DNA of 64,000 nucleotides from Trichoplax adhaerens (taxonomy: Eukaryota > Animalia > Placozoa), in NCBI RefSeq assembly GCF_000150275.1, contig NW_002060947.1, positions 1,539,823 through 1,603,822 of the forward strand, given 5' to 3'. Numbering within the stretch: the first letter of the stretch is position 1; each line of letters opens with the position of its first letter. Both the position numbers and the translations under genes were made by a program. Below, piece after piece: positions 29,801-43,702 of the stretch. The notes under the pieces are model-generated. The model was not told where the DNA came from and did no database searches. It worked only from the letters and a program-made list of their open reading frames with translations.

Positions 29801-32800
29801 TGAGTCTAAAATCGAAGTTGGTTACCCTACTTGAGATACACGCAAATACATATAAAATAATACCTTCATTTTGATTCCACGAATGTGCTTCGGAAATTTT
29901 TGTAGGATCAAACGCGTACCTGTCAATAAGACATGCCAGAAGGGTGACTAATATTTCAATTTTGGTAGCGTTGATCTAGAATCAGTTACATATGCTGTAT
30001 AATAATTCTCATAAGCCCTACTAACTTTCCGTCCGGTCCTATAAAATAGTTATCTGTTGATAGGATAATACCTTGATGATTATACTTTTCCAAAAGAAGT
30101 CTTCAAATTTCAGGACATTAAATAAAATTTAAGATATATATGATGGAACTTGAAGAAATTTTTTAAATCATGTCGGAAGAAACTCAGAGTACGAGAAATG
30201 AGATCTACACTTTATCATTCTTTACCAATGCTGTCATTCATACGAACTGTACAATAGTGTATATATTACACTAAAGTGTCGCTTAAAATCGTTTATTATT
30301 ACAGTATAGCGTGAATCACTATTTAAAGTAGAAAATCAAGAAGAAAATGAAATATGGCATTAACAGAACTTAATGGATACATCAAATGCGCTACAGCACT
30401 TTATTACCACGGGTAATTTCTAATAAATTAACTGATGTACTGCACCTTACTAGCGTTGATTTTCCACTACCTGGACAGCCACGAGCAATGTATAACACTT
30501 TTGATATTCCTTTATTTTTTTCAAGAATTTCTAACATGTAATGAAATAAAAATCACTAAGACAAAACAATGTTAAGGCATAAACAATATTCTTCCTGTCA
30601 AGATATGATTTACAGCTACTTATTTCTTTACATATTACAAAGTAATACTCGTCCAATATAAAATAATGGGTATAATAATAAAATTTATACTTCTAACACC
30701 GCACGATCAGTCGTGGCTTGATCATCTTCTTTCTCATAATTTGCGTAACCAGACTATAAACTCGTATCTACATTGTGTACTTAAGGGCATACTACCTGGA
30801 GCATACAATCATATACAGCACATAGCGTACAAGGCTACAATTTCCTAGTTTTGAATAATGTGATCATTCACTAATCTTATTGCCTAGCTAGAAAATCGTT
30901 ATATAAATCAACAGTGCTACCATTTTTACTCGTATTTCTATTGCTAATTTATATTAAGAGTGATTTAGGAACAAGCCTAAATTAATAATGTCGTACCGTA
31001 ACGTTATAACCGCAGTATATCGTACGAAAAAGTGCATTCGACATATGCATATAGGAGTATACTTGTACAATGAAGCTATCTAAGTAGGCTGTGGGCTACG
31101 CCAATAATGCAAGGATATATATACATACTAGTATGATATACAAAAATTGTACTTACGGTTGACATAAATTTGAGTTTTATCCATGTTATTTTCCTGTTTG
31201 TTAAATTTAGGTTTACGAGCTGCATAATGTCGATCTTGTACCCTTCTTTCAGAACCTCTTGATTGTTTTATCTGATTTACGGCCTTGCTGTTATTCCAGA
31301 CAGATTCTAAATTATGGCTAAAACCCTGATTTAGCGGTTGTTTCGTTAAATTGTTCGTACTTGCATTTCTATTTTTATTTGAGGCCTTTGTCAAGTTAGT
31401 TTGGTCATTATTTAGTACATCAGTGGCTCCTTTTTGAATAGTCGCCATTTCCCAGGGATTCGTATTAGCCAAACTGCGTGATTGATTCCCGGTTGACGAA
31501 AGAGATATTAACTTTTCTACGGCCTTTTCAACTGATACAGCAAAATAAACATGTACAGAATTAAGACGTTCAGGATTCGAATTATAAAAACTGCATTGAA
31601 ATAATAACTGATGAAAGTTATATGATGTGCAAGGAATACTTTTAATCAGATACTATTACTATTAGTTGATTGTCAAAGTCTGACTACTACTTGAGTGCGA
31701 GCATATAGCAAAGTCCTATGTATCAGGTGGATGAAAGAAGTTCACCGTACAGAACATTTGCACGCTATAATTATTAACGTATTTATATCTACTACTAAAT
31801 TAGATCCATTTCACAGAGTAGATTTCTATTCCCCTGAAATTGACTCATACTAAAGTCAACAACATATGTTTGATCGCTGCTGAGTTGCAGTAAGTTGCAC
31901 AAGAAAACAATTTTAAAGTAGCACTAAGCATGCAGTGGTAATGCACATTGCATACCTGTTAGTCCGATATTAGAACAAGAAATTATTCATTGAAATACAA
32001 AGTTGAATTTAATTCTACCTTAGTAGTAACTATGCAGTTGTGTACACAATTCTGGCATCAGAGAATACAGTTAGTTATTGAGGATAACAACATACATTTG
32101 ATCACGGCAAACTTGCAGTAAGTTGTATAAAGTGACAAATTTTAAGTAACACAAACTGTGCAGTTAGATTGCATAACTGCTAGTCTGGAATTAGAGTATA
32201 GAATTAATTATTCACTGAAATATAAATTTAGCCTCATTCTACCTTAGTAATAACTATGCAGTTGCACACCTAATTCTAGAATCAGAGAATACAATTATTG
32301 AATTAACAACATACGTTTGATCGAAGCAGATTTGCAATAAGTTATATAAGGTGACAATTTTAAAGTAGCACTCACTATGCAACTGGATTGCATAGCTGCT
32401 AGTCTGGAATCAGAGTATAGAATTAATCATTCACTAGAATATAAAATTCATCTCAAATCTACGTACTAACTATGCAGTGGCATACTCGATTCTGGAATCA
32501 GAGTATACTGTATAATTATTTTACTTTAATGCAAAAATTGACCTTAATTCTATCTTAGTAGCTGCTATGCAATTGAATACCTACTTCTAGAATGAGAGAA
32601 TATCCTGTAATGATATCATTATTGATTTCCTGTCGCACAAATTGATCTATTTGATTGGTACTCAGTATGTACAGAACCAGTTTTAGTAGGATAAGAGATC
32701 AATGTTGGTATATCAGGTTTTAGTAATGCTAACAAAATCGTACGTGTTTACACTGTATAATTATCACTTTAATCAGAGTAATTTAGCAACATCAATTGTG

Positions 32801-33252
32801 GATAATCTACTTTTAGTTAAGTTTTATAAGTATTAGAGAAAAACTGTCTGGCATTGTGTAATAGTGTAATTAATCAGTTTAATAATTATAGTATTTAACT
32901 GGTCGGATGTTGGATTACGATACTATTAATTCATCGTAAGTTAACTGATTCATTAATCCACTTAGCACCATAAGCTGCAATCCAAGTGATGTTGTATTAC
33001 CGTTGTCAGTAAGGGATAAAGTAAAACACTCGTAGTCCTGTCTGTGTCTTCTACAGTAGCACTATATTTACTTTTACTCAATAGTCATAGTACGATCATC
33101 AAGTATTACTTGAATGCATAATTAATCATTTAAGTAAAAATTTAAGCGTGATGCAGCTTACCACTTTGGCCAGAGTCTTGAAATATATCTCGGATAATCG
33201 CTTCGTCATAATTTGGAAATATTTCTTGTAGGTATTGGATATTTTGATCCAT
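26808..33252 (-). CDS. N4BP2: NEDD4-binding protein 2-like (N4BP2/NONU-1/Cue2 family): CUE, P-loop polynucleotide kinase (AAA_33), second CUE, DUF1771, Smr endonuclease; multi-exon
   Basis: Exons 33252-33162 and 31531-31157 give CUE (LQEIFPNYDEAIIRDIFQDSGQSVEKAVEKLI). Walker A ARGCPGSGKST is at about 30455-30490. Kinase exons encode ILSTDNYF, EAHSWNQ, SPIFIDNTNTQLWEMKPYV, EPCTWWKF and RCTHNVPLNKIESMLQRFE. A second CUE-like segment (WYPGIN...YNLEDTV) lies at about 27970-28150. Smr reads LDLHGFTVSEAV, IIVGCGIHS, ARIKPAVVSYL, with TAA at 26810-26808. Some small linker exons and the true start are uncertain. Confidence 0.92.
31790..32600. repeat. Intronic tandem array (about 225 bp unit, 3-4 copies) in the first coding intron of N4BP2
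   Basis: caacata.gtttgatc...ttgcagtaagttg.a.aag.gacaattttaaagtagcac recurs at about 31858, 32088 and 32306. Confidence 0.85.
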
Positions 33253-35379
33253 CTCGTCCAGTATGATCAATGTCTGCTTTCCGTAAGTATAGGAAGAGGA
33301 CTTTTTGATTGCTATTTTTTTTTTGCTAGAACTCTGCGTTTATTCAAGGCAATGTATCAAGACCCACGTCATTAAGTTGTTCTCCGTTCTCTTTTACATT
33401 CCTGTCAAACGAAATCACCCTCGACTGTAGTGGCAAGTATGATCGTTTCTGGGGAAGATGCTATTTGATAATGTTAAGCAACGTCGAAAGGCATTAATGG
33501 AGACCCAATATCATAGTTTACAGCACTTGTAGGCCCATCATCTTCACCAGCATAGGTCAACTATCATCCATTGAAAGATCGAGTAATGAGTTGTTATAAA
33601 TGGAGTGTCCAATAGACTAGAATAGCTGAGTTGATGTTCGATTAAGTCTCTATCTAATACGTTAAAACTTTCAAACTTGCAAGGATGAATATAAATGCTG
33701 GCCTACTATTGTAATCGCTTTAGTTCTTCCTGATATTTTGGATTTAAGCAGACGAGAGAAAATTTGCTAACACCTTGGCTAGTCCATACAATTGGTTGAT
33801 ATTGTAGAAAAGAGGCCTGGACCAGACGTTAAGATGGAAGCTGCACCTATTTTCACTGCAATGCAGTAGTAAGCCAATTTCGACTGTATTTGACCAGGAA
33901 TCTCAAAAGATTATGTTGTGTTTGTCTGATAGGCGTCGTATAGTACTGTTGGAAGAGTTAGACACGATCTAAAATTGCCAAATGGCTAGAGAAAATTGTT
34001 GAAAGAGATACCAAGATGCAATCGAAAGCTTCACTATTTCTTTTCTATTTGCTTGCGGCACAGACAGACTGATCGTGGGTAAATAGTTGAAATAATATAG
34101 TGTTGTGGTTGTCAGAAATAGTAGAGTACTGTTGGAATGGAATACAATGTATATTGAAGCTACCTTGCTGGAGAAAATTCTTGAGAAAGACACCAAGAGA
34201 GAAGCCTTGTTCCCTTTCTATCTTTGCCTTCTTCCAAGGGGTGGCTTTAGACTGGGAGTTGGTACGGCAATAGGAGCGAGATGGAAGAAGAAAATCATTG
34301 AAGTTCATGTGGAATTCATATTCGAGTCCACTGGACTACAAGGTATGATATGGTACTAAAATGGCCATACTGTATCATATCGTTTGCGGTCTGCATTAGC
34401 CTAAGCCTGTGCCATGACTACAGTGACGTAATAGCGATAGGGTTTCTTCAAACTTGAGCGCATCGAAAGGAGTTGAAATAGCAAATTAGTTTTGCGCTGG
34501 TCGATATTATTGCAAGATTTTCAATCCTTTTAAGCGACTACAGCTACAAAATAAATACTATGAGCTTACTGTCAGGTTTAACTATCCTGACATCGATCTA
34601 CAAACGATAGAAAGATTGTAAATACCGTTAGAGAAATAAGAAAATGTTATGGTTGGCTTCGACGCTTAGCGCGATGGACTAATAGGAGACGACTTGAACA
34701 TCGTCAAGAGGTTAAAGCAAACTATACGTCTCTCTTAGACAAACATGGAACCCTTACTTTCTTGATAAAACAACCAATTTACAGCATATATGAGTGATAG
34801 ATAAACCATCAAATTGACAAGGCCCGAACGAATACTCCAATGTAACTATTATGTTCGTGGTAAACGGTGTAGGTTCAATTGAGAATCGTTTATTAATAAA
34901 TTTATGAAGGTATTTATACATTTGTTAGATTACTTCACTTATAGTTTAGCTAAATGATTATCCATATAAGATGTAAGATTAGCTTAAAATGATAATTACA
35001 TAATTAGAACGTTAATCATTTTAAACTGTGATCCTACAGTACGACTTTTAATCATTCTATATATAATACTACTTTACAGTATGCTGTATATGTAATTGCT
35101 CCATATATAACAGTAACAAAATGTTTACCCTTCATCATTCAATTTGCATTCTTCTATTGCATAGAATGATAGCAACAAATAAATGAAACAAATGTCCAAC
35201 GTTTGAACATCATTTAGTACATTGTCCAGCTTCAAAAGCATCTTGTAGTGCATGCTATAATAGCCATAACTTATAAACTTACCGTAACATGGGTTAATAC
35301 CATGGACTATTCGAACAAGATCTTCTATTAGCCGTCCATGTACAGTATACGAGTAAAACACAGATAATATGATTATAAA

Positions 35380-36746
35380 ACTATGTAGCTGTCCATTAAA
35401 AACTAAAAATATGGAAGACATCGTAGATCAATGAATGTATTATGGTTCCATAATTTATCTTATTTTATGAACTACTAGATGCTTTATTGGTGGTCTATCC
35501 CATAAGATATATAGCACAATAACATTCGTCATGAGTACTATAGACTACTCGCAAAAGACCTTAACTATTAAAAACATAGAAGACATCGCAGATAAATTAC
35601 TGTATTACCAATCCATTCCTAGATAAGTTATTTTATGAACTACTAGCAGCTTTATTAAAATATTGAAGTACTTCATGCCATAATATACAGCTACAATAAC
35701 ATTCGTTATTAGTACCATAGACTGACTACTTGCTCAAAACCTTCTAGAGTCCATGTGCGCTCGTATGGATAGATAACGTTATCAAACTATGCCCTTATCT
35801 ATTAAAAACATGTAAGACGTCGTAGATAATTTGTGTACATATTATCCAATATGTTCCTAGATAAGTTATCTTCAGAACTACTAGCAGCTTTATTAATTAA
35901 AGCATCGAAGCGGTCCATGCCATAATATGTAGCGATAATAATATCTACCATTAGTGCCATGGGCTACTTGCACAAGACCTTCTAGTAGTCCATGCATGTA
36001 TAAATAACGTTTTAAAACTATGCCCTTGTCTATTAAAAAAATGTAAGACATCGTAGATGATTACTGTAATATCAAATATTCGTATTCCTAATAAGTTATC
36101 TTATGAACTACTGATAGCTTTTTAAAGGATCGAAGTGGTCCACGCCATAATATACGTTCCTTATTAGTCGTCATTAAAAGCATGTAAGACGTGGATAATT
36201 ACTGTATTATTAATATTCGTATTCCTAGATAAGTTACCTTATGAGCTACTAGCAGCTTTTTAAAGCATCGAAGCGGTGCATGCCATAATATACGTTCCTT
36301 ATTAGTTGTCATTAAAAGCATGTAAGATGTCGTAGATAATTACTGTATTATCAAATATTCATATTCCTAGATAAGTTATCTTATGAACTACTAGCAGTTT
36401 TTTACAGCATCGAAGTGGTCCATGCCATAATATACATTCCTTATTAGTTGTCTATTAACCTTTTAAAAACATGTAAGACGTCGTAGATAATTATTGTATT
36501 ATCAAATATTCGTATTCCTAGATAATTTATCTTGTGAATCTCTAGGTGCTTCATTGTAACATCGAGTAGTCTATGCCATAACATATACAGTTACAGTAAG
36601 ATTTGTCGTTAGAACCATAGGCTACTCGAAGACCTTGTCTATTAAAAACAGATAAGGCTTCGTAGATAAATTACTGTATTGCCAATCTATTCCTAGATAA
36701 GTTATCTTATAAACTTCTAGCAGCTTTATTGAAGCATCGAAGCGGA
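35380..36746. repeat. Tandem array with about 140 bp core unit (some copies longer), about 8 copies
   Basis: aaaacatgtaagacgtcgtagataattactgtatta...ttcctagataagttatcttatgaactactagcagcttt recurs at about 35417, 35581, 35815, 36045, 36187, 36325, 36476 and 36655. Confidence 0.9.
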
Positions 36747-36833
36747 TCAATACTAGTTAATATAATAAGCGTTGAGTGTTCACTCAGAACCTGATGAAAA
36801 TCTTTGCAGGGTTTCTAGTCTTTATTATTCGAC

Positions 36834-36909
36834 AATCATCTTATATGACTGACCGTAAATTGCATACTATATATAGTATATAATTTACAGTCAGTCATAC
36901 GAGATGATT
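36834..36909. repeat. 76 bp imperfect palindrome (38 bp arms, 5 mismatches, no spacer)
   Basis: Left arm aatcatcttatatgactgaccgtaaattgcatactata versus reverse complement of right arm aatcatctcgtatgactgactgtaaattatatactata. Confidence 0.9.
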
Positions 36910-38049
36910 TTTCACTACATCATTTTGCTGGTCTGTGTAGCCCTTTACCTAAACTCTGCTCCATCGTTGAAAGACAGATTCATCAAATAAAGTGTACAAA
37001 AATTGTATGCAAAACTGCCACAAGCCTCGGTAGCCTGTGCTCGAAGAATCAGCCTGTGTCTCAATTCAGGTAAAATATTACCCGGTCATGGACAAAATAA
37101 TTGTCGTCAACTCACTCTTAAAGGATTGCAATAGGAGTTTGCACAGATTGAGAGATAGGTTTGTTCACTACTGTAATCTGCAAAGACTTCGTGACCCAAG
37201 TGCCAATATTCCGGTATTTTCGATCTTTCTTGACACAAGGGATTAGGGAACAGCCCCTGTTGCACGAAATTCAGGATAGGGTACAATGTCCTCAAAGCTA
37301 TTCACTGCAATGTTTGCCATCGACATTGTATCGTACATGAATTATTTTTTGGTTTTTGATGCCTTCAAACTATAGGAAACTATTCATAGGATGATTAACT
37401 TCATTGAAGACAGCAGAAGTCAAGTTATGCCTCCATTATTGGCACTAAATCAAAGGCCAAGGTATTTCCATCTATTAAAACCTGGATAAAAGGCAGAAGG
37501 TGAAGTTACGCCTTAATGCTCCAGTGATTAAGATTTCTTAGCAAGCCCATATTAGAGACCCTAAAATGTCTCTAATCTACATCATTATTACAATAGTTCA
37601 AGGTTAAGCGTCTAGAAGTGAAGATGATGTAACTAATTTTACAATGCTAATAAATTGATTACTTTTATCATCTATTGAAATAAATAATATGACCTTGCAT
37701 TGGTGCCCGCAGGCAGGACTCAATATAGGTAGTCAATATCGAGAAAACACTGAGTAATAAAGGCGTGACAATTGAAAATGCTTCAATTCATCAAAGTTAA
37801 TTTAATCAAAAATAATGTACTAAAAGTCAACAAATCTCAAGACAACAGTTTGGATAATATACGACACGGCAACTATTGCGTAGGTCTTATACCTGCAGGG
37901 GATTAGTAATAATAATATGCCGTTAAAACAGGGACAACAGAAATATGAACTCTAGTCTGTTTTTATGTCGAACAGCATGATATAATATTAATTACGCCCA
38001 TGTCTATCACGACACAAAGCAGTAATATCCTTCTTCATATAGGATAATT

Positions 38050-39150
38050 ACAATACTGTTGGGAATAAATACGTAGTAAATTAGGCCAAATTTCGCTAAC
38101 AAATTCGAATCTATTTTTCAATAAATAAAATGGACCGTTTTGTTCTCTTGCTTGTTATTACGAGCATGTTCTAGAAATTATCTTCTATTGCAATGGTATA
38201 GCACTACGAATCTTGGTTAATATAGAGTATGCTCTGTCGATAATAAATACGTCGTAATTATGCTAACTTTGCTATAAAGAAGCTTGCGAATTTCATTTAT
38301 CATGTTTGAGTAAGATAATTTCTTTCAGTTATTTATTATCAAGAGCATACTTAACTTATTGCATCATATACGCATGTAGATTACTGTAATTTATTTATTA
38401 TCTTGTACTGTATAGCACTAAAAGTTCTCGTCACTTTTAGAGTCTACAGTATCTAAAACGATAAAGCGGTAATTAAGCCGGATTTGACTCAAAAAAGAGC
38501 CTACCTAACTCATTTATCATGATTATAAAGGATCATTTCTCTGTTGTTTAATATCAAGAACATGCTTTACTAATTATCTCATACTGTATCAAACTAAAAG
38601 TAATATAGAAAGTATGAGCTATCTAGAATAAATAAACAGTAATGATGCTAAATTTTGGCTATAAATGAACCTAGCTCACTCATCATGAATGCGAGCGATC
38701 ATTTCTCTCAGTTATTTATTATCAAAAACACAGTTTTACAAATTATAGTTGTCTTACGCTGTATACTACTGAAAGTAAAATATAGAATTTGCACTATTTA
38801 ATATAAATGCATAGTATAATTTTTATAATTATCTTATCACTGTATAAGCAATAAGCAGTGTAGCACTGGAAATTCTCGTTAATTGCGAACCTGCAGTACT
38901 TGAGTACATCGTAATTATAATTATGTCAAATTTTACTTAAAATTTAGAGTTCAATTCATTTATTATAACATGAGGCAAATTTTCCGCCCCGTTACTTGTT
39001 AACACAAGATAATACTCCATAAAATTTCTAATTAATATAGAGTATACACTGTCTGAAATGACTATACAGCAATCTACGCTAAATTTAGCCAGCAAATGTG
39101 GTGCAATTTATTCATGGTAAGCTTGAAAAACTATTTGTGTACTGCGAGTA
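38050..39150. repeat. Highly degenerate tandem array, about 150-200 bp unit
   Basis: tatagcacta...ttaatatagagtat...gtaatta.gc.aaattt...tcatttatcatg...atttctctcagttatttattatcaag recurs about 6 times. Confidence 0.65.
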
Positions 39151-40038
39151 TAGCATACTACTACCGTATACTAATTCTTGAACATTGCAATAGCACTAAA
39201 AATTCTCCTTAATGGAATTTTTGTACAAATCGACATGCCTTGCACAAGTATACTAAATTCTATACCGTAGTTTGCACATGCCAAAGAGACTACACCTAGT
39301 CTTTCAGCATTTGAAATAGACACAAGAATCTTGACTTTTAAGCTGTATTCTTCTTGACCTGATACAAAGGTTAAATTTATTGTTAATTTCATAATTACTC
39401 ATAATATAATGATACACGTCATGTTAGTAATAACAGTACTAAGGTTGCTTGTTAATAAACCTCCACAGCATTTTATTTTGCCAAAATGTGGAAATTGTGG
39501 TAGTATAAGCAGATAAAGCTTCATATAACTTTAGAAGGATAGTTGTACTTTATGTGCACTAGGGGTTTCTGACGAGACTATGAAAGGCTGGTGCCTGAAG
39601 ATCACTTCTTAGTTAGTTATTCAGTTAGTTAGCCAACTAGTTTGTCAATTGCTATTGAATTATCTAGGCTAAAATCTTGGTTGTCAAGATTTCTTCGGTA
39701 ATAAATAGTAGAAAATCTCTGACTTCCTCGTCTACACTATTAGTGACTCTATAATTATACTATAGTATTCGATCGTTGTAACTGAATTATTTGGTGATAT
39801 AGCGAATCTCGCCTCTTTAAGTCAGTAAGAGGGGTTCTCCGTAAGTATTGGCGTGTGGAGACTACTTTGTCACTAGTGGTGTGCGACAATAATAAAAAGA
39901 TAAAATCTTTTTGCAGTGTTTATAGCATAGACCTAAGGACTTTAACGTTTCAAGCTGTATTCTAATCGATCTGCAACAAAAGCATTATACTTATCAACTC
40001 CATAATTGTAATAATTTACCAAGCAGTAGAGCGCAATT

Positions 40039-40891
40039 ATGCGCTTGTATTGTGCCGCATACGGATGTAACTCAAAATCGTCAATCAGAATAAATAATAT
40101 GAGAATATCTTTCCATCAATTTCCAAAGAATAAAGATTTATGCAAGGTACTTATGTGGTAACTTGTTAGGATATGAAGTGATCGCCAAATGTAGCTATTA
40201 AGAAGTTGAATAATACTTGTGAGTACCCGATTTATTACGGCTATAAAGATAGTGACAGTCACAATTTACAGTATTTGTGTCAATGGTAAAGATATCTTTT
40301 TGATGCAATTATCCTACAAAGTATATATACAAACTCTACTATCGCAACATAAGGCATTTCATTATTACATTATATTTTAAGATCATCTAGATTGTTATAG
40401 TATTCCAGTTAGTAAATTATCTTATAGTAGATTCTTAGTTAATGTAAATAACTGGCAAACATATCCAAGTACTTATATTCATATATATTTAGGGGATAGG
40501 TACTGTATTATTAGATATTTATTATTAAATATACTATTATAATTTACGTATAGAATAAGCAAACTAATCCGTTTCGATCTTCTGAAAGGATTTATCGCAT
40601 ACTATTGTTCCAAAATCGATTTTATATGGCTACACCGGCTGCAAAAATTATGTATCATACATAGTATTATTATGGTTTATATTACCTGAGCATAACCGCA
40701 AAGCAGCTAGCTATATCCAGGCAATTACACTTGCTAGAAAGGAAAATACAGATGCCGGTGGTGTTAATGATGATGAAAAAGAAGCTAACAATAGCCGTAA
40801 GGCTAAAAAAATTAGCTCAGAACATTGTAAACGAAGAGAATTTAGCTTTTGGTCGTACCGAACTCTCATTACCATTTTTCTAAATGTTTAA
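40039..40891 (+). pseudogene. THAP zinc-finger domain gene fragment (truncated gene or pseudogene)
   Basis: 40039-40146 encodes MRLYCAAYGCNSKSSIRINNMRISFHQFPKNKDLCK followed by a GT donor; CxxxxC and SFHxFP are THAP hallmarks. A phase-compatible stop-free frame (40589-40891) follows an AG. The THAP Trp and CxxH ligands were not found. Confidence 0.7.
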
Positions 40892-43702
40892 GCTTGAAGA
40901 TAAGTTACTAATAAATCTATTGAAATTGCGGCTTGGCTTGTTTGACTTTGATTTAGCATCGCGATTTGTACAACTACTTCAACAACAAATAATATAATCA
41001 AGCTGTGGATCAATTTGATTCATAAACGTGTATGCATCGTCAGTATTTTGGCCAAGCAAAAGTAAAATTCTGCATCAATTAAATCCAATATGGAGACGGT
41101 GCTTTGGTAATGTCATCGTTATGATTGGTTTTACAGAAATGAGTATAGCGTTGTAAAAATTGCCAAATACTAACATGAATTATAGACCCTAACCCTAACC
41201 TTATGCTATAGTCGGATCATTAATTGCGATCGACATTCGAGTTTCCATCATATTTATCTCTTCATAGTATACCAATGATATATCCCTTGAACAAATATGC
41301 TAAATATCCGGCTTCAATAATCTATTAGAAAACAAGTTCAATCAACAGGAATTGCTATCAGGTGACATTATCATTACACTTAGAGAATTTATACTATCCC
41401 ATCGGTTACAACATCTAGGATTGAAAATGATTACTACTGGTAGTATGGAATCTAATCCACTTTTCCATGCAAGTCGAAATCTGATTCGTATCAACATAAC
41501 CCACAAATAACGGGTTATTACCACCTTCCAGCATCATTGCAAAATCAATATCTGAAATTCAAAGTACTTATCATTTATTTAATAATCTCTCAGCGAATAA
41601 TTTACCGTTAGATTATGTTAATAAAGAATGGATTTCCTGTTGTTTATAGAATCAATTATCCGATTCTATTTTAATGCTCATCCGAGCCATGAAGAGCACA
41701 TAATACCGTATTCTCGATAATTATATAGGCGTCTATTCCAATAAACGAAAATGAATTACTTCAAAATATTACGCATTATACGGAACTGATGGCTTTAAGC
41801 GGTGTCTAACCTCCAACGTTTATTATAACAATCACTTAGAGATCATTGGTATAAGTAGACAGCATTGTCATTGTGTTTTAAGCCATAATTAGTAATAACC
41901 CTTCCGTTCTACAACTTCAACTTAGTAGCCAATCGAACAAGAATAAGAATAAAGACTCATATTAGTAATGAGTCACTTGAAGTCTTAAAAAGAATATGTA
42001 TAATATTTGTAGTAAAATGCAGAAGACAGCAATAGCTCATATGTCAGTAACTACTGGTCTTCAAAAGAAAAACAAGGTAACTTTGTATAATGTAATTATT
42101 CTTAAATGTATGCAGGAAAAATGTTAAATAAAATATCATTGATATCTAACTCAAATTTTAGGCCGCTAACGGTAGTCACTAGATTTATTTCGCGGATTTG
42201 TGTAAACATTCGTGAAGAAATTTAAATTATTAATATAATTACAGTCTTCACTTTGCTTTGATAAATATGTATACGATATACACGTTAGAAGATAATGATA
42301 AATAATTCCATAGGAAATTTCTAATAATTCAATTTATTTGATCAATTTTTGATTAGACCTGTAAACTGATATAATGTATTGCTATCAAGAAACTACTTAG
42401 CAAGCGAAAAATGGTCGTCTTGTGGGTATCATAGTATACGAGTAGATCGATATTTCAAGTTGTAATCGTATCCCATTACGTAATAAGACGTACGAATAAC
42501 AAAATTACTGCAATAGCAAACTAATCAATCTTAATAATAGATATAATTATCTATAGCACTGGTTTGTACCACTTTAGTAGTTACAATATTTATATCTGAG
42601 CAAATAATATAATCTACAAAATTGAGATTGCTCGTATAACTGTATAGTTAATTCATTCTTTTCATTCTTCAATGCCGATAATGTATTTAGAGCGTACATC
42701 CATTCTGTGGGTCATCATACTGTAGATTTTAATGCAAAGAGAAGATTTATCAAGAGTAAGATCTTCATACTAAGTTCAAACTTGTAGCTCATATGGTACA
42801 GTATAGTACATATACATATACGAATTTATTACCGTTAAATATTGAACAAATATTTATTCCACTAATCAGGTAGTCGAATATTTAGCTCACTGATAATAAA
42901 TTTATACGACACCAGCTTGACTATCAGATTAGCTGAAATAGCTACTTACTCATCATACTAACTACAGTCGTAAAATATCATTAGCAATACTCTTCAGCGT
43001 TGCATGTTGTAAATAGCATCTCAAGTCAAAACTGTACACTTACGTAGGTATTATAAATGAATATGGGCATTAACTATAATTATCATCATTTGCATAGATA
43101 TTATTAACAATTATTATTACAAGAGATTAGTTAAAAATGTGGTTGGTAAACATTTCGTAATTACGTATACTATCAGTAACTTTACTGCCAGTTTATAATT
43201 TAGTATCCAGTGTATCATGATAACGTCTGTGGCAGATAGATCTAATTTCACTAACTGGTAATTAGCTAAAATACGATATATCTTACTATTGTGTTAATCA
43301 ACATAGAGTAAACGTTTAACATATCCTCAGATATATTTTTCCTATTATTACAGTGGAGGATAAGAAATTGCAATCTGCGCACAGTAAGCAGTACTTCATA
43401 TTGTATAGCATTAGGCAATCTACAGTAGCTTCATACATCAAGATATTACTGTAAAAACCTGCCACACTGGATTGTATAGAATAAGACAAAAAAAATCCAC
43501 GATTTACATTAGCTCTTAATCAATAAAAGCAAATATATGGCATTACAAATATCCACTCTTCAACGAGGTAAAATGTTGCATTAAACAAGCCATGGACTCC
43601 AATTACCCAATACATAATAATTCGAAACGCAACACTACGCTAGCGAGTAGTACAATGACTATCACTGCCTTTGAGATGGCCACTAAATATCATATAAAAG
43701 TG

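Noticed and set aside
36960-37560. Coding-like patch (minus-strand FDLVP; ORFs 37037-37246 and 37107-37295)
   Set aside because: Multiple stops in all frames and no recognisable family; may be a pseudogene but cannot be supported.
41187-41203. Telomere-like CCCTAACCCTAACCTTA
   Set aside because: Only about 2.5 units, compatible with chance.
40900-41960. Possible Mab-21/nucleotidyltransferase relic on the minus strand (DIDFAM at about 41535-41552, INDPTI)
   Set aside because: Motifs are short, separated by many stops and frameshifts, and not confirmable without blastx or HMM search.
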